Of a stretch of DNA of 64,000 nucleotides, positions 35,973-45,359 are shown piece by piece. Each line of letters opens with the position of its first letter. Position 1 is the stretch's first letter. The notes beneath the pieces are model-generated. The model was not told the origin of the DNA and ran no database searches. It saw only the letters and a list, made by a program, of their open reading frames with translations. The position numbers and the translations under genes are program-made. Source of the stretch: a virus (Duplodnaviria > Caudoviricetes); the IMG/VR virus record IMGVR_UViG_3300025362_000477; one strand, written 5' to 3'.

Positions 35973-36407
35973 CTAAAATGTTAAGTCATTTTTATTTAAT
36001 TCTTCTGTAGATCCATCCGGAAATATAATGACGATATGTCTATTCGTTTTCTTAGAATAACGTATAGTTGCCCATGTTCCAGATCTCAACTCTTCAACAA
36101 ATCCTCTCGGAGTCGCTAACATGGTCTGACATGAATCTACTATATCATGATCACGGGCAGTATAAGTCCTTTCAGGCATTATCACTTCTGCACTACAAAA
36201 TGCTCTAAATCTTGGATTGTTTGGTGGATGCAAAATGATCTGAGAAACATTGTTGATATTAGCCAGGTCACCAGCTTCTTTATCAGCACCTACACAATCA
36301 CCATGATGAAACTCAAAGGGGTGATTTCCTTTAAAATAATCAGAAACAACTTTCTTCTGTTTATCAGTCATCCCTTTTCGGGTTCCTGTAAATCCAAATA
36401 TTTTCAT
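35973..36407 (-). CDS. SLOG-superfamily (DprA/SMF-like) protein
   Basis: GFTGTRKGMT, HHGDCVGAD, RDHDIVD, SGTWATIRY. Confidence 0.75.
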   Translation of the reverse strand: MKIFGFTGTRKGMTDKQKKVVSDYFKGNHPFEFHHGDCVGADKEAGDLANINNVSQIILHPPNNPRFRAFCSAEVIMPERTYTARDHDIVDSCQTMLATPRGFVEELRSGTWATIRYSKKTNRHIVIIFPDGSTEELNKNDLTF

Positions 36408-36408
36408 A

Positions 36409-36835
36409 TTAACATATTCCTAATTGTCTTTGTCTTCTAGATGTTTCATGAAATTCCTCTTTAAATTCAGAATCATTCAAAATCTCAACTGTAATATTTT
36501 CCCATACAAAAGGTGCACCTACGGAATTTGGTAATAATGCTTTCATATTTTCACGTCCATGTCCATTTAAACTATGAAGGAATATCATATTAGGTTGTTT
36601 GAAAGATTGTTCACTTATCCACCGAGCAGCTTCTGATCCAGTATCAGCTCTTTTAGTATCAACATAAACTTCTCCCCCCAAGGTCATGATCAAGGAATAA
36701 AACGTCCCATACATCACCCAAAAGAAGAGTTTTTAGTTCCTCTACGTCATCCATAATACTAATATCCGCACCAACTAAATTTTTACGAAACTGTTTGTTT
36801 CTCTCTTCATTATCTTCAAGTATTAAAATTTTCAT
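36409..36835 (-). pseudogene. cyclic-phosphate-processing receiver domain protein, frameshifted at G6 tract 36674-36679
   Basis: MKILILEDN...LFLDHDLGG in one frame; EVYVDT...TG..AARW...FLHSLN..G in the other. Confidence 0.7.
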
Positions 36836-36836
36836 A

Positions 36837-37286
36837 TCATACCTCTTTTATTTCCAGCTCCACTAATGGTTCATCTGTGTATTTATTAGGTTCACGAAAA
36901 TGTACTGATGATTCATCTCCAGATGCTTTATCTATCGATAATTGCTGTCTAATTTTTTGATACATTTCATAAATCAACCGAAAATCAGAATCAACTTCAT
37001 TTGATGAAATCGAATTTGAACTATGAACTCCATAACAATTGAATATTTTTTGTTTGATTATTTCAATTGCATTATGTAAGTCTTCATCACAATGTATCAT
37101 TTCCGATTTATCTTTAAAGGTATCATATTGATTGAAAGGTAAATCCCCAATTACATTTTCCAATTGTCCGATCCCAAATCTAAAATATGTCTCCATTGCC
37201 AGCATTAATATATTAATTTGCTTTTCTGTTAGTTTTAAACAATATTGTTTAGACAAAATAATTCCTTTAATTATTAATTGTAACAT
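36837..37286 (-). CDS. hypothetical protein
   Basis: ORF track; start uncertain. Confidence 0.5.
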   Translation of the reverse strand: MLQLIIKGIILSKQYCLKLTEKQINILMLAMETYFRFGIGQLENVIGDLPFNQYDTFKDKSEMIHCDEDLHNAIEIIKQKIFNCYGVHSSNSISSNEVDSDFRLIYEMYQKIRQQLSIDKASGDESSVHFREPNKYTDEPLVELEIKEV

Positions 37287-37611
37287 TAATATTAATCTGA
37301 TCTATCGCAAAATATGTTGCAGCCGCATCAGCAACAACAGCACCAAATTGCCGCCATGGATGTTCTTGAATAACATCAATAGCTAACAGATTAACCCCTA
37401 TTCCATACATTCCGGGTTTGGTAATTGATTGGAAAACCCGTCGTGAAGGGATTCCTAAGTCCAATTGTTTTATATATAATGGATTTTTAGTATCAACAAT
37501 TTGTCTAGAATAAATTTCATTCTCAGATGCTTTATATGACATATATGATAAACATCCATTCATACAAAAGCAACACAACATTAAACTCATTACCATTATT
37601 AATTTTTTCAT
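37267..37611 (-). CDS. putative lipoprotein
   Basis: MKKLIMVMSLMLCCFCMNG-C lipobox-like signal. Confidence 0.5.
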   Translation of the reverse strand: MKKLIMVMSLMLCCFCMNGCLSYMSYKASENEIYSRQIVDTKNPLYIKQLDLGIPSRRVFQSITKPGMYGIGVNLLAIDVIQEHPWRQFGAVVADAAATYFAIDQININVTINN

Positions 37612-37777
37612 TTTATATCCTTTTATCTTCTTCATTAAGTTCATCTCGTAAATCTCTAGCATCTTATGGATTCTCAAATCTATCTGCACAAAACCCACCC
37701 TGTTTAACAGTATATCGTCTCATATCAGAATCCCATTCGATAAACCATCTCATAATTCCATCCATTAATAAATTCCT

Positions 37778-39163
37778 TTATTTAAGATACTTTTCTTCTA
37801 CTTCCCATCCCTTTTCATCATAAACTTTCTTTCTATATGTATAACGACTAACTAATTCATCAAAATCAGTATCAACACAATCAAATATGATTGGTTGTTT
37901 TTTGTTTGCTGCATATCTACACACTCGACCAACAGCCTGTTCAATATTTGATATGGAATTTGCCATTACTAAACAATCAAGTTCTTTCCTATCAGTACCA
38001 TCTCTAGAACTTCCAGGTGTACTAAATACAAACTTTTGAAGTAATGCTTCATCTCTCTTATCTTTACTCCGAGGTATAAAAAACCCAACATCATGTTTTG
38101 GTATTACCTTCGATACAGCATCCAATACTTTAATTCTATCTGAAATGAATAATGTTGTTCGATCAGCATCATAAACCTTTTTAACAATCTTTTGCATCAT
38201 TGGATAATATTTAGTATTTTTTTTAGATGTCAAAATTGAATAATATCTAATGTTATCAAATCGAGGATATTTCAATTTAGTATTACCATTGCCATCTCTA
38301 GCACCCCAATACACATATTGTTTAGCATAACTAGCACCATGACTAAATTTCAACACAACCACTTTCGGTTTCATAGTATTAGTTTCACCTTCAGGTGCAT
38401 AAACCAACCCAAGATGTTTCCATATTATATCATGATTTTGATCAGCTCTTCCTGGAGTTGCACTCAATCCGAAAACCCTTTTACAAGGTAGATGCATTGA
38501 TGTTCTTGAAAATTGAGGTGCACCTGTAGTCGTATGACATTCATCCCATATACCAACTCCAAAATGAGCATTTAATATCAAATGCTGAAAATCAGGAACT
38601 CTCTCAATCATACTATTAAATGTTTGTACCGTTGTCAATACTATCGGTTTTTTAATCATCTCTCTACATTTACTAGTCTTAAGAATCCCAATATCATCGA
38701 TAGTTATATCTGAATGCTCTAAAAATCTATCTCGCCATTGAGTAACTAATGAATCTTTATGAACAAAAATTATAGTTTTTTTCCCAATGTGACATATAGC
38801 CCCAATTGATATCACAGTTTTTCCCTCACCTGGTGGTAATTTTAAAATACCATGGTCATTTTCGGTTAACATAGCAAAGCCTTTACGTTGAAGATCGTTC
38901 CTCCATTCACACTTAAACTTTATATGTATATCCTCTCCTTCTGGAGTATAATTTAAAACATCATGTCCGCATCTATATATTTCATAATATCTCGGTATTA
39001 GTATATGTCCATCTAATTTTTCATAGTACCGAGTAGTTATTGTTACGGTCGGATCATCAAAACTAGATCCGGTGCGTGTCAAATCTTGTAATATTGATTG
39101 ACACCAGGGTTCCTTCTCAAAATGTTCGGGAATCCTGATACATGATGTTTTTATTAAATTCAT
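37778..39163 (-). CDS. superfamily 2 DNA helicase (UvsW/XPB-like)
   Basis: LPPGEGKT, DECH, LSATPGR, QAVGRVCR. Confidence 0.9.
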   Translation of the reverse strand: MNLIKTSCIRIPEHFEKEPWCQSILQDLTRTGSSFDDPTVTITTRYYEKLDGHILIPRYYEIYRCGHDVLNYTPEGEDIHIKFKCEWRNDLQRKGFAMLTENDHGILKLPPGEGKTVISIGAICHIGKKTIIFVHKDSLVTQWRDRFLEHSDITIDDIGILKTSKCREMIKKPIVLTTVQTFNSMIERVPDFQHLILNAHFGVGIWDECHTTTGAPQFSRTSMHLPCKRVFGLSATPGRADQNHDIIWKHLGLVYAPEGETNTMKPKVVVLKFSHGASYAKQYVYWGARDGNGNTKLKYPRFDNIRYYSILTSKKNTKYYPMMQKIVKKVYDADRTTLFISDRIKVLDAVSKVIPKHDVGFFIPRSKDKRDEALLQKFVFSTPGSSRDGTDRKELDCLVMANSISNIEQAVGRVCRYAANKKQPIIFDCVDTDFDELVSRYTYRKKVYDEKGWEVEEKYLK

Positions 39164-39171
39164 TTATATAT

Positions 39172-39600
39172 TTAACCTATTTTATACTCTGCATATCCAT
39201 CTTCAGTTTCATGAAATCGAACTTTATCAACTTCAATATTCGGAAAGGATTTCATAATATATCTAACTTCTCCAAAAATATGTTCAGCTAAAATCTCTGC
39301 TGTAGGACTCCTATCAAATAATACTAATTTTTTATTATGCTTTGATAACATATCCAAATAATCAGAATCCATTGATTTAGGCATTAGGAGTGCGTGATCA
39401 TACTTTAAAATCACAGATCCCAGAATATCATCTAGTGAACTAAAATCAATAAGCATACCATCCTTATTCAATACCATATCACTTAAGAAAATTTCTATTA
39501 CTCCAGTGTGACCATGTATAGTCTCAAAACATTCCTTTGTGTATGCTGATGATAACTGATGAGCATATGATATTTTATACTTCCGTCGAATTTGATGCAT
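39172..39600 (-). CDS. queD: 6-carboxytetrahydropterin synthase
   Basis: AH.L...C..IHGH, IDF, DH, PTAE.LA, ET motifs. Confidence 0.9.
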   Translation of the reverse strand: MHQIRRKYKISYAHQLSSAYTKECFETIHGHTGVIEIFLSDMVLNKDGMLIDFSSLDDILGSVILKYDHALLMPKSMDSDYLDMLSKHNKKLVLFDRSPTAEILAEHIFGEVRYIMKSFPNIEVDKVRFHETEDGYAEYKIG

Positions 39601-40045
39601 CTATTTTTTCCTCTTGTTGTTTGAAATCATCTAGTGTTAATTTTCTACCATCATATGATATGTTATGTATTATCCATTTATTGAGAGAATCAAGGTCATC
39701 AAATTCAGTACCTTCATGACCTTGATGAAATCTAAATACAGGAATCCATTTATCATCCTTCAATCTCTCACATTTAACGATCCATACATCTTCTGATGCT
39801 GGATGTGTCATAGATAGAGCAGCCAAATACTTAGTACTACCACTTCTACTAACAAAATGATAATTATATAAAAACAAAACCTGTTGAAGCATCCATCCAT
39901 ATTTACATGTAGTGCTTAATTTTTCAGCCCTCTTATATCCAATAGTGCAACCATTAGAATAATACTGACATTCCTTAGAACATTTTTCTCTCTCGTGAAG
40001 GGGGATAGATGTCCCATCATAAAAAACATATAAATTACAAAACAT
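39575..40045 (-). CDS. hypothetical protein
   Basis: ORF track, AGGAG RBS. Confidence 0.55.
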   Translation of the reverse strand: MFCNLYVFYDGTSIPLHEREKCSKECQYYSNGCTIGYKRAEKLSTTCKYGWMLQQVLFLYNYHFVSRSGSTKYLAALSMTHPASEDVWIVKCERLKDDKWIPVFRFHQGHEGTEFDDLDSLNKWIIHNISYDGRKLTLDDFKQQEEKIDASNSTEV

Positions 40046-40053
40046 AAATTCTC

Positions 40054-41361
40054 CTATAAGTATTGTATGTATTTAGTAGTCCAAATAAAATTTGATAAAT
40101 CAGCAAGGTTAATTTCTAATTTAGCTTTCTGAATCATCAATTCATCTGTGTCCGTTTTAATCTTTAATATTCGACTCAATGTGTATTTATCAAACAATTC
40201 TTTAATTATTTTAGTTGGAATTTCAGTGTCCGTATGCAATCCCTCTATAACAATATCAGAATCATTAGGATTAGATCTCAACCATTTAGGAAGATGAACT
40301 TTCAATCTAGCAATTAAAGCTAATTCATCTATATGGTCTTGTAATTTCTTAATATTAGATCTTAAAACAACCTCCACGATCTCTTTATAATTGTTATATA
40401 CATTCAATAACATATTATCAATTGAGGACAAAACTACATTACCTTCTAAATCACACATATTACACTCAAAAGTATATGATCCTGTTAAATTAGCATTTAT
40501 TTTTTTAGCCAAATTATCTAATGTGAGAGATCTCTTCAAACTAACAAATCGAACTGATGTTTCACTTGATGATTCATCAATAAACCCAATGGTCTTATTA
40601 ACTTGAATATCTTTTTCTAATTTTTTTAAAATAGTAATAAAACTTTTACTTGGCGGTATTGCAGTAACGACGATACTTTTTGATGTATAATCAATTGTTG
40701 CCACTCCTCGATAATCTATTTTAGCTTTTCCAGTTGTTAGCAATTCTTGAAAATCAACCTTCTTGCTAATATAAGTACAATCAGTAATCGGTTTAATAAC
40801 TGGTTCCTTTTCAGTGTAACCAAGAAGCCAACTCAGACGTTTTACCAAATCCCGAATTGAATATGATGGGATTATTGTTCTACTACCAAAACCAATTCCT
40901 TGGCAATAATTCTTATTGATGAGGCATAGTGGTAATTTAGTAGGAAGAAATAGAGGTTCTTCATCTAATTCTAATTTTTCTTTCTTGACATATTTTATAT
41001 ACTCGAATGCCATATCCAATATGGACTTATCACAACGAGCTTCAGTATATCGCATAGCTGCTTGAGATTCTGATACTATTCCACTACTACATCCCCAGTT
41101 ACCTTGACCCATAGCCATATCACCATTAACTAATGCAGCAAGTGAACCATAAGCACTCTGATCTCCATGAGGGTGATAGTTACCAATACAATGACCAATA
41201 ACTTTAGCTGATTTTGTATAATTCTCCCTTGCAACTTCATAAAGAGAATATAATAATCTTCTCTCTACTATTTTCAATCCATCATATGTCAAAGGGAAAG
41301 CTCGAAATTTATTTACATATTTACCATATACTCGGTATAAATCAGATATCTGTTCCTTCAT
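40054..41361 (-). CDS. gyrA: type IIA topoisomerase A subunit lacking CTD (T4 gp52/GyrA-ParC-like)
   Basis: DGLK.VERR, YHPHGD, AAMRYTE catalytic Tyr. Confidence 0.9.
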   Translation of the reverse strand: MKEQISDLYRVYGKYVNKFRAFPLTYDGLKIVERRLLYSLYEVARENYTKSAKVIGHCIGNYHPHGDQSAYGSLAALVNGDMAMGQGNWGCSSGIVSESQAAMRYTEARCDKSILDMAFEYIKYVKKEKLELDEEPLFLPTKLPLCLINKNYCQGIGFGSRTIIPSYSIRDLVKRLSWLLGYTEKEPVIKPITDCTYISKKVDFQELLTTGKAKIDYRGVATIDYTSKSIVVTAIPPSKSFITILKKLEKDIQVNKTIGFIDESSSETSVRFVSLKRSLTLDNLAKKINANLTGSYTFECNMCDLEGNVVLSSIDNMLLNVYNNYKEIVEVVLRSNIKKLQDHIDELALIARLKVHLPKWLRSNPNDSDIVIEGLHTDTEIPTKIIKELFDKYTLSRILKIKTDTDELMIQKAKLEINLADLSNFIWTTKYIQYL

Positions 41362-41440
41362 ATTATTCCTTCAAAATTCTATTATTTAAATTATCATAAC
41401 ATATACAATAATATAACTCCTTTTATTTTATTCAGAAAGT

Positions 41441-42289
41441 CTAAAAAAGACTTCTTAAATAATTTCGAATAAAAGCAGGTTTTGGTTTATCTTTTGATAA
41501 TTTACTAATCTCATTCTGTATATTATCACTATCACTATTAGCAGATTTTAATATTTTTATTTCAATATGTTCAAATGCCCCAGGATTCTTTACTTCTTGT
41601 TTAGCAATTTCAAGAGCTATTTTTGATTTCTCTTGTTTCTTAATATATTTATTTATTTTATATAAAGCACTCTCATAATCATCCCAATAACCATACTGGA
41701 TTGCTAAATCTGAATATGACCATTTATATAACCCCTTATATGGATTACCGATGACATCAACATATAATATATAAGTTAATAAATAAACACGACTCATTGT
41801 CTTCCAATCAGATACAACTCCTCTTTTCTTAAGTAATTTTCCAAAAATACAAAATAATCTTTTTAATTCTTTTGGGTTCTTTGGGTTCTTTGTAAAATGA
41901 TCATATAAGATTTTTATTTTCTCTTCGCCATGACCAATTTCATGAAGTAATAAACCAATCAATTCTTCTCGATTTAATAATTTTATAACCCCCTGAGAAA
42001 TCCATAAAACCTTTTTAGCATTAAATGAGAATACTCTATTATCAAAAAGAACTCGAACAGTCATATTTTCACCAACTATCGATGATATTTCTCTTGATAG
42101 ATCACGATCAATATTTGACTTTTTAATCATTGAATTGACTGATGCTTTTATAGTTGCCATCAGTATCACCTCAACAACAGTACTAGCTATCACATCCCGA
42201 GGTCTGGTCATATTATCCCATTCAAACTCATACAATATAGAATTCACAGATTTAGAAATTACATTTCTCCCAAGAATTCTATCTGACAT
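41441..42289 (-). CDS. HExxH zinc metallopeptidase-like protein (divergent M48-like)
   Basis: LNREELIGLLLHEIGH. Confidence 0.55.
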   Translation of the reverse strand: MSDRILGRNVISKSVNSILYEFEWDNMTRPRDVIASTVVEVILMATIKASVNSMIKKSNIDRDLSREISSIVGENMTVRVLFDNRVFSFNAKKVLWISQGVIKLLNREELIGLLLHEIGHGEEKIKILYDHFTKNPKNPKELKRLFCIFGKLLKKRGVVSDWKTMSRVYLLTYILYVDVIGNPYKGLYKWSYSDLAIQYGYWDDYESALYKINKYIKKQEKSKIALEIAKQEVKNPGAFEHIEIKILKSANSDSDNIQNEISKLSKDKPKPAFIRNYLRSLF

Positions 42290-42370
42290 TATTATATCCT
42301 ACCTTTCCTTCTTTCTTTATTAATCTTTTTCATAGTTAATTTATATCTCATCTTTTCTAATATGGATGGT

Positions 42371-43270
42371 TTATCCAGATCTGGAATCGATGTGTTTATC
42401 GGCCCTTTTCCTGAATTCTTCATTATTTCTGTATTCATTTGCTTGCCTAATTCTGTTATTCATAGATGGATAAGATCCATTTCCATGACTCTCATCTTCA
42501 ATTCTATTATGATATTCAATTGCACGTTTAGTAGCTTCATCAGATTTTTGAATCCACCAATTCGCTACACTTTTATCTCGAACCTTACTCATTTTCCGAA
42601 AAGCATTACTTAATTGTAAACCAAATCCTGCTTTAATAGAAAATAAATCACTATCATATTCTTCATACCTTTGTAAGTAAATACCAAGCGCAGTTAAAAA
42701 ATAAGCTATAGTATATGGTCGACCTTCTCGTTCATAGAATTCTCTCATCTGAAAAGGAATAGATTGAGCTGTATGATGCCAATGACCAATCTCATGTAAA
42801 TAAACAGCAAGACGCTCTTCTGGTTCTAATTCAGTTAATGCACCTTTAGATACGAATATAATAAATTTACATTTGTTAGCTGGAAAAATAGCAGTATTCG
42901 GTCTTGGTCCCGGTTTAACACCACCAATATTCAATTTCATTAAAGCAGGTATACTATAAGAAACCCAATATGCCCATCCATACATATCCATTCGTTTTTT
43001 ATCACTCATACTTTGAATGCCAGGCATTGTAAATATATCAATTTCCCAACTTGAACTTAAACGAACCTCAACATCAATATTCTTAAATGATTTTTTTATC
43101 AGCTTTTCTTCAGATGGAAATCGAGGACATTTTTCAAGGAAGATAATTTCTTTCTTACCTTTCATGTGATTCTTTAAAGTCTTCCACCAACTTTTATATT
43201 CAGCTTCAAATTCAAGGAATTCTCCCCTCGATTCATTTAATAAATTATTGATAATCTGAAATCCGTCCAT
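42371..43270 (-). CDS. peptidase M48-like zinc metalloprotease
   Basis: LEPEERLAVYLHEIGH, EYDSD, LSNAFRKM, YPSMNNRI. Confidence 0.7.
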   Translation of the reverse strand: MDGFQIINNLLNESRGEFLEFEAEYKSWWKTLKNHMKGKKEIIFLEKCPRFPSEEKLIKKSFKNIDVEVRLSSSWEIDIFTMPGIQSMSDKKRMDMYGWAYWVSYSIPALMKLNIGGVKPGPRPNTAIFPANKCKFIIFVSKGALTELEPEERLAVYLHEIGHWHHTAQSIPFQMREFYEREGRPYTIAYFLTALGIYLQRYEEYDSDLFSIKAGFGLQLSNAFRKMSKVRDKSVANWWIQKSDEATKRAIEYHNRIEDESHGNGSYPSMNNRIRQANEYRNNEEFRKRADKHIDSRSG

Positions 43271-43303
43271 GATAAAATCCTCATTATTTTAATTTATTCT
43301 AAC

Positions 43304-43762
43304 TTAAATAAGATCTCGTTTGAGTTCAGCACTTGTCATCAATTTAAAGATATCTCCTGGATTTGTAGGATATTTAATCAATTCCAATCTTCGTGTATCT
43401 TTATCTAAAAGACATACCTTTAATTGATCTGGATTCATTTCCCCCAACCCTTTATATCTCTGAATTTTCTGATTTGGATTAGTTATTTTAAATTTCTCAA
43501 GATCTTCATCTGTAAATAATGGTATAAACTTCTTCTTGACCGTCGCACCATACAATGGCATGATCGCTCTATATATATGTTTCTGTTCTCTGAGTAATGC
43601 CGGAACTAATTTCAAAGCCATAACCATTAACAATGCAGTAATATGACTATTATGTATAACACAACCAGAATTAGCCAAAACAAAATTACCAGTACCAGTT
43701 GTTAAATCACAAAATAATTCATCTTCATCAGATTTTCGTTCTATTATTATTTTAACTTTCAT
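43304..43762 (-). CDS. gyrB: split-intein IntC (38 aa, 43649-43762) fused to topoisomerase B C-extein
   Basis: MKVKIII.RK...FCDLT...NFVLA..CVIHN|S; extein SHITALL...QRYKGLGEMNPDQL. Confidence 0.93.
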   Translation of the reverse strand: MKVKIIIERKSDEDELFCDLTTGTGNFVLANSGCVIHNSHITALLMVMALKLVPALLREQKHIYRAIMPLYGATVKKKFIPLFTDEDLEKFKITNPNQKIQRYKGLGEMNPDQLKVCLLDKDTRRLELIKYPTNPGDIFKLMTSAELKRDLI

Positions 43763-43763
43763 A

Positions 43764-45359
43764 TTAAATCCTTTTTATGCGATATCTTTTTCCAATAAAT
43801 ATTGGTTTTATTTTTGGATCCGGAACAAATTGTAATATCTTTCGTTTTAAATTCAAAATAATTAATTTTGGATCAATCATCCATTCATTCATTTTTATTC
43901 TTATAATATTCAATCCAAATTCATTATAATCTTTATTCTTCTTTATATCTCGATCACAATATGTTTCATAATTATCAGTAAAATGATAACGTTCATCAAA
44001 TTCAATTACTAAATTATATTCTTCTATATAACCATCTGGAAAATAACCAATACACATAGGATTTCTTAAAATAAATATATCTAATTCTTTAGACAATGTA
44101 TCCAAACATGGACGTTCCATATTCCCAACAAATGGTGTTACAGGTTCCCCATTTAATATCTGATCATCTATTCTTGCAATTAAAGTTTCTCGTAAAAATT
44201 TTCGACCTTCAAATGATTGAGACCAATATTCAACTCCATATTTTTTCAAACATGTAAATTTAGATTTTTCTTTAAATTCTTCACTTTGAAATATATTTTC
44301 AACACCATATTTTTTTAAATTATATTTTTTTAAATAAATTTTAAATTCAGAAGTCTCAAAAATATTAGTTACTCCATAATTAGACCAAAATGTTTCAATT
44401 TTCTTATCTTTAACTGAATCTAATTGAGAAACATTTTGTACTCCAAGACTTCGACAAAAATGACCAAGACTCATATCTATAAAAGTATCACAATCACCAT
44501 AATGTTTTAATATAGATTCTAATTTTTTAATTTTCACATCATCTATCTGAGATATATTCTCTACTCCATATCGATCAATGCATGTGTTCATATGACGATC
44601 TTTAATATCATCATGTTGCATTGGATTATCAACACCATAATTCAATTGACATGTTTCAACTTTTTTATTTTTTACTGATTGTAATTGACTATAATTATCA
44701 ACACCATATAATCTTCGAGCTGATTTTTGAAACGTTTCACCTCTATATATTTCAGCGCATGAAAAACAATAATCATTAAAATAAATTTTCTTTTGTTTCA
44801 AAAACAAATCATAATTTATAGAAGCTTTAAACTTTCCACAATATTTACATATTGAAATTTGATTTAAATCTTCTTCATTTGTTATATATGAAAATAATGG
44901 AAGAATGTATTGTTCATTATAATTATAAAACAAAGGATGACTATTCTTCCACGTTTCTATTAATAAAGGAATTTCTGGTTTTTGAATGAATAAAAAATAA
45001 GTAGTTTTTTTAAATTCTTCAATACCATAAAATTCATCATATGATTGAAAGATATGATTGAATGGGAATTTTTTACATTTTCTATGTTTCATCCCATCAA
45101 TTTCATATTCTTTTTTCAAAGTGAATTTTTTAGGTTTATTACAATATGGACATAATTCAACATGATCAAGACAATGATATATCAAATATAATTTTTCATC
45201 TAAATCTCGACCAGTTGAATTATTATCATTTAACCAATTCTGAACGTCTACATCCTTCATTATAGTATGAACAGTAGCTAATAAACCTCGTTTCCTTTTA
45301 GATATGTATTGTTCATAAGTCTGAAAGAGTTTTTGAATTTTTAATGGTTTCGTTTGCAT
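43764..45359 (-). CDS. Vsr-like (EDxHD-type) homing endonuclease with ~8 YGVxN repeats
   Basis: GNME...FPDGY...IEFDERYH...RD; tandem C..KYGV.N..Q repeats. Confidence 0.8.
   Translation of the reverse strand: MQTKPLKIQKLFQTYEQYISKRKRGLLATVHTIMKDVDVQNWLNDNNSTGRDLDEKLYLIYHCLDHVELCPYCNKPKKFTLKKEYEIDGMKHRKCKKFPFNHIFQSYDEFYGIEEFKKTTYFLFIQKPEIPLLIETWKNSHPLFYNYNEQYILPLFSYITNEEDLNQISICKYCGKFKASINYDLFLKQKKIYFNDYCFSCAEIYRGETFQKSARRLYGVDNYSQLQSVKNKKVETCQLNYGVDNPMQHDDIKDRHMNTCIDRYGVENISQIDDVKIKKLESILKHYGDCDTFIDMSLGHFCRSLGVQNVSQLDSVKDKKIETFWSNYGVTNIFETSEFKIYLKKYNLKKYGVENIFQSEEFKEKSKFTCLKKYGVEYWSQSFEGRKFLRETLIARIDDQILNGEPVTPFVGNMERPCLDTLSKELDIFILRNPMCIGYFPDGYIEEYNLVIEFDERYHFTDNYETYCDRDIKKNKDYNEFGLNIIRIKMNEWMIDPKLIILNLKRKILQFVPDPKIKPIFIGKRYRIKRI

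Noticed and set aside
44200-44720. CRISPR-like periodic repeats (also 50460-50780)
   Set aside because: Degenerate, in-frame codon-level repeats of the YGVxN protein motif; no constant repeat/unique spacer pattern and no cas genes
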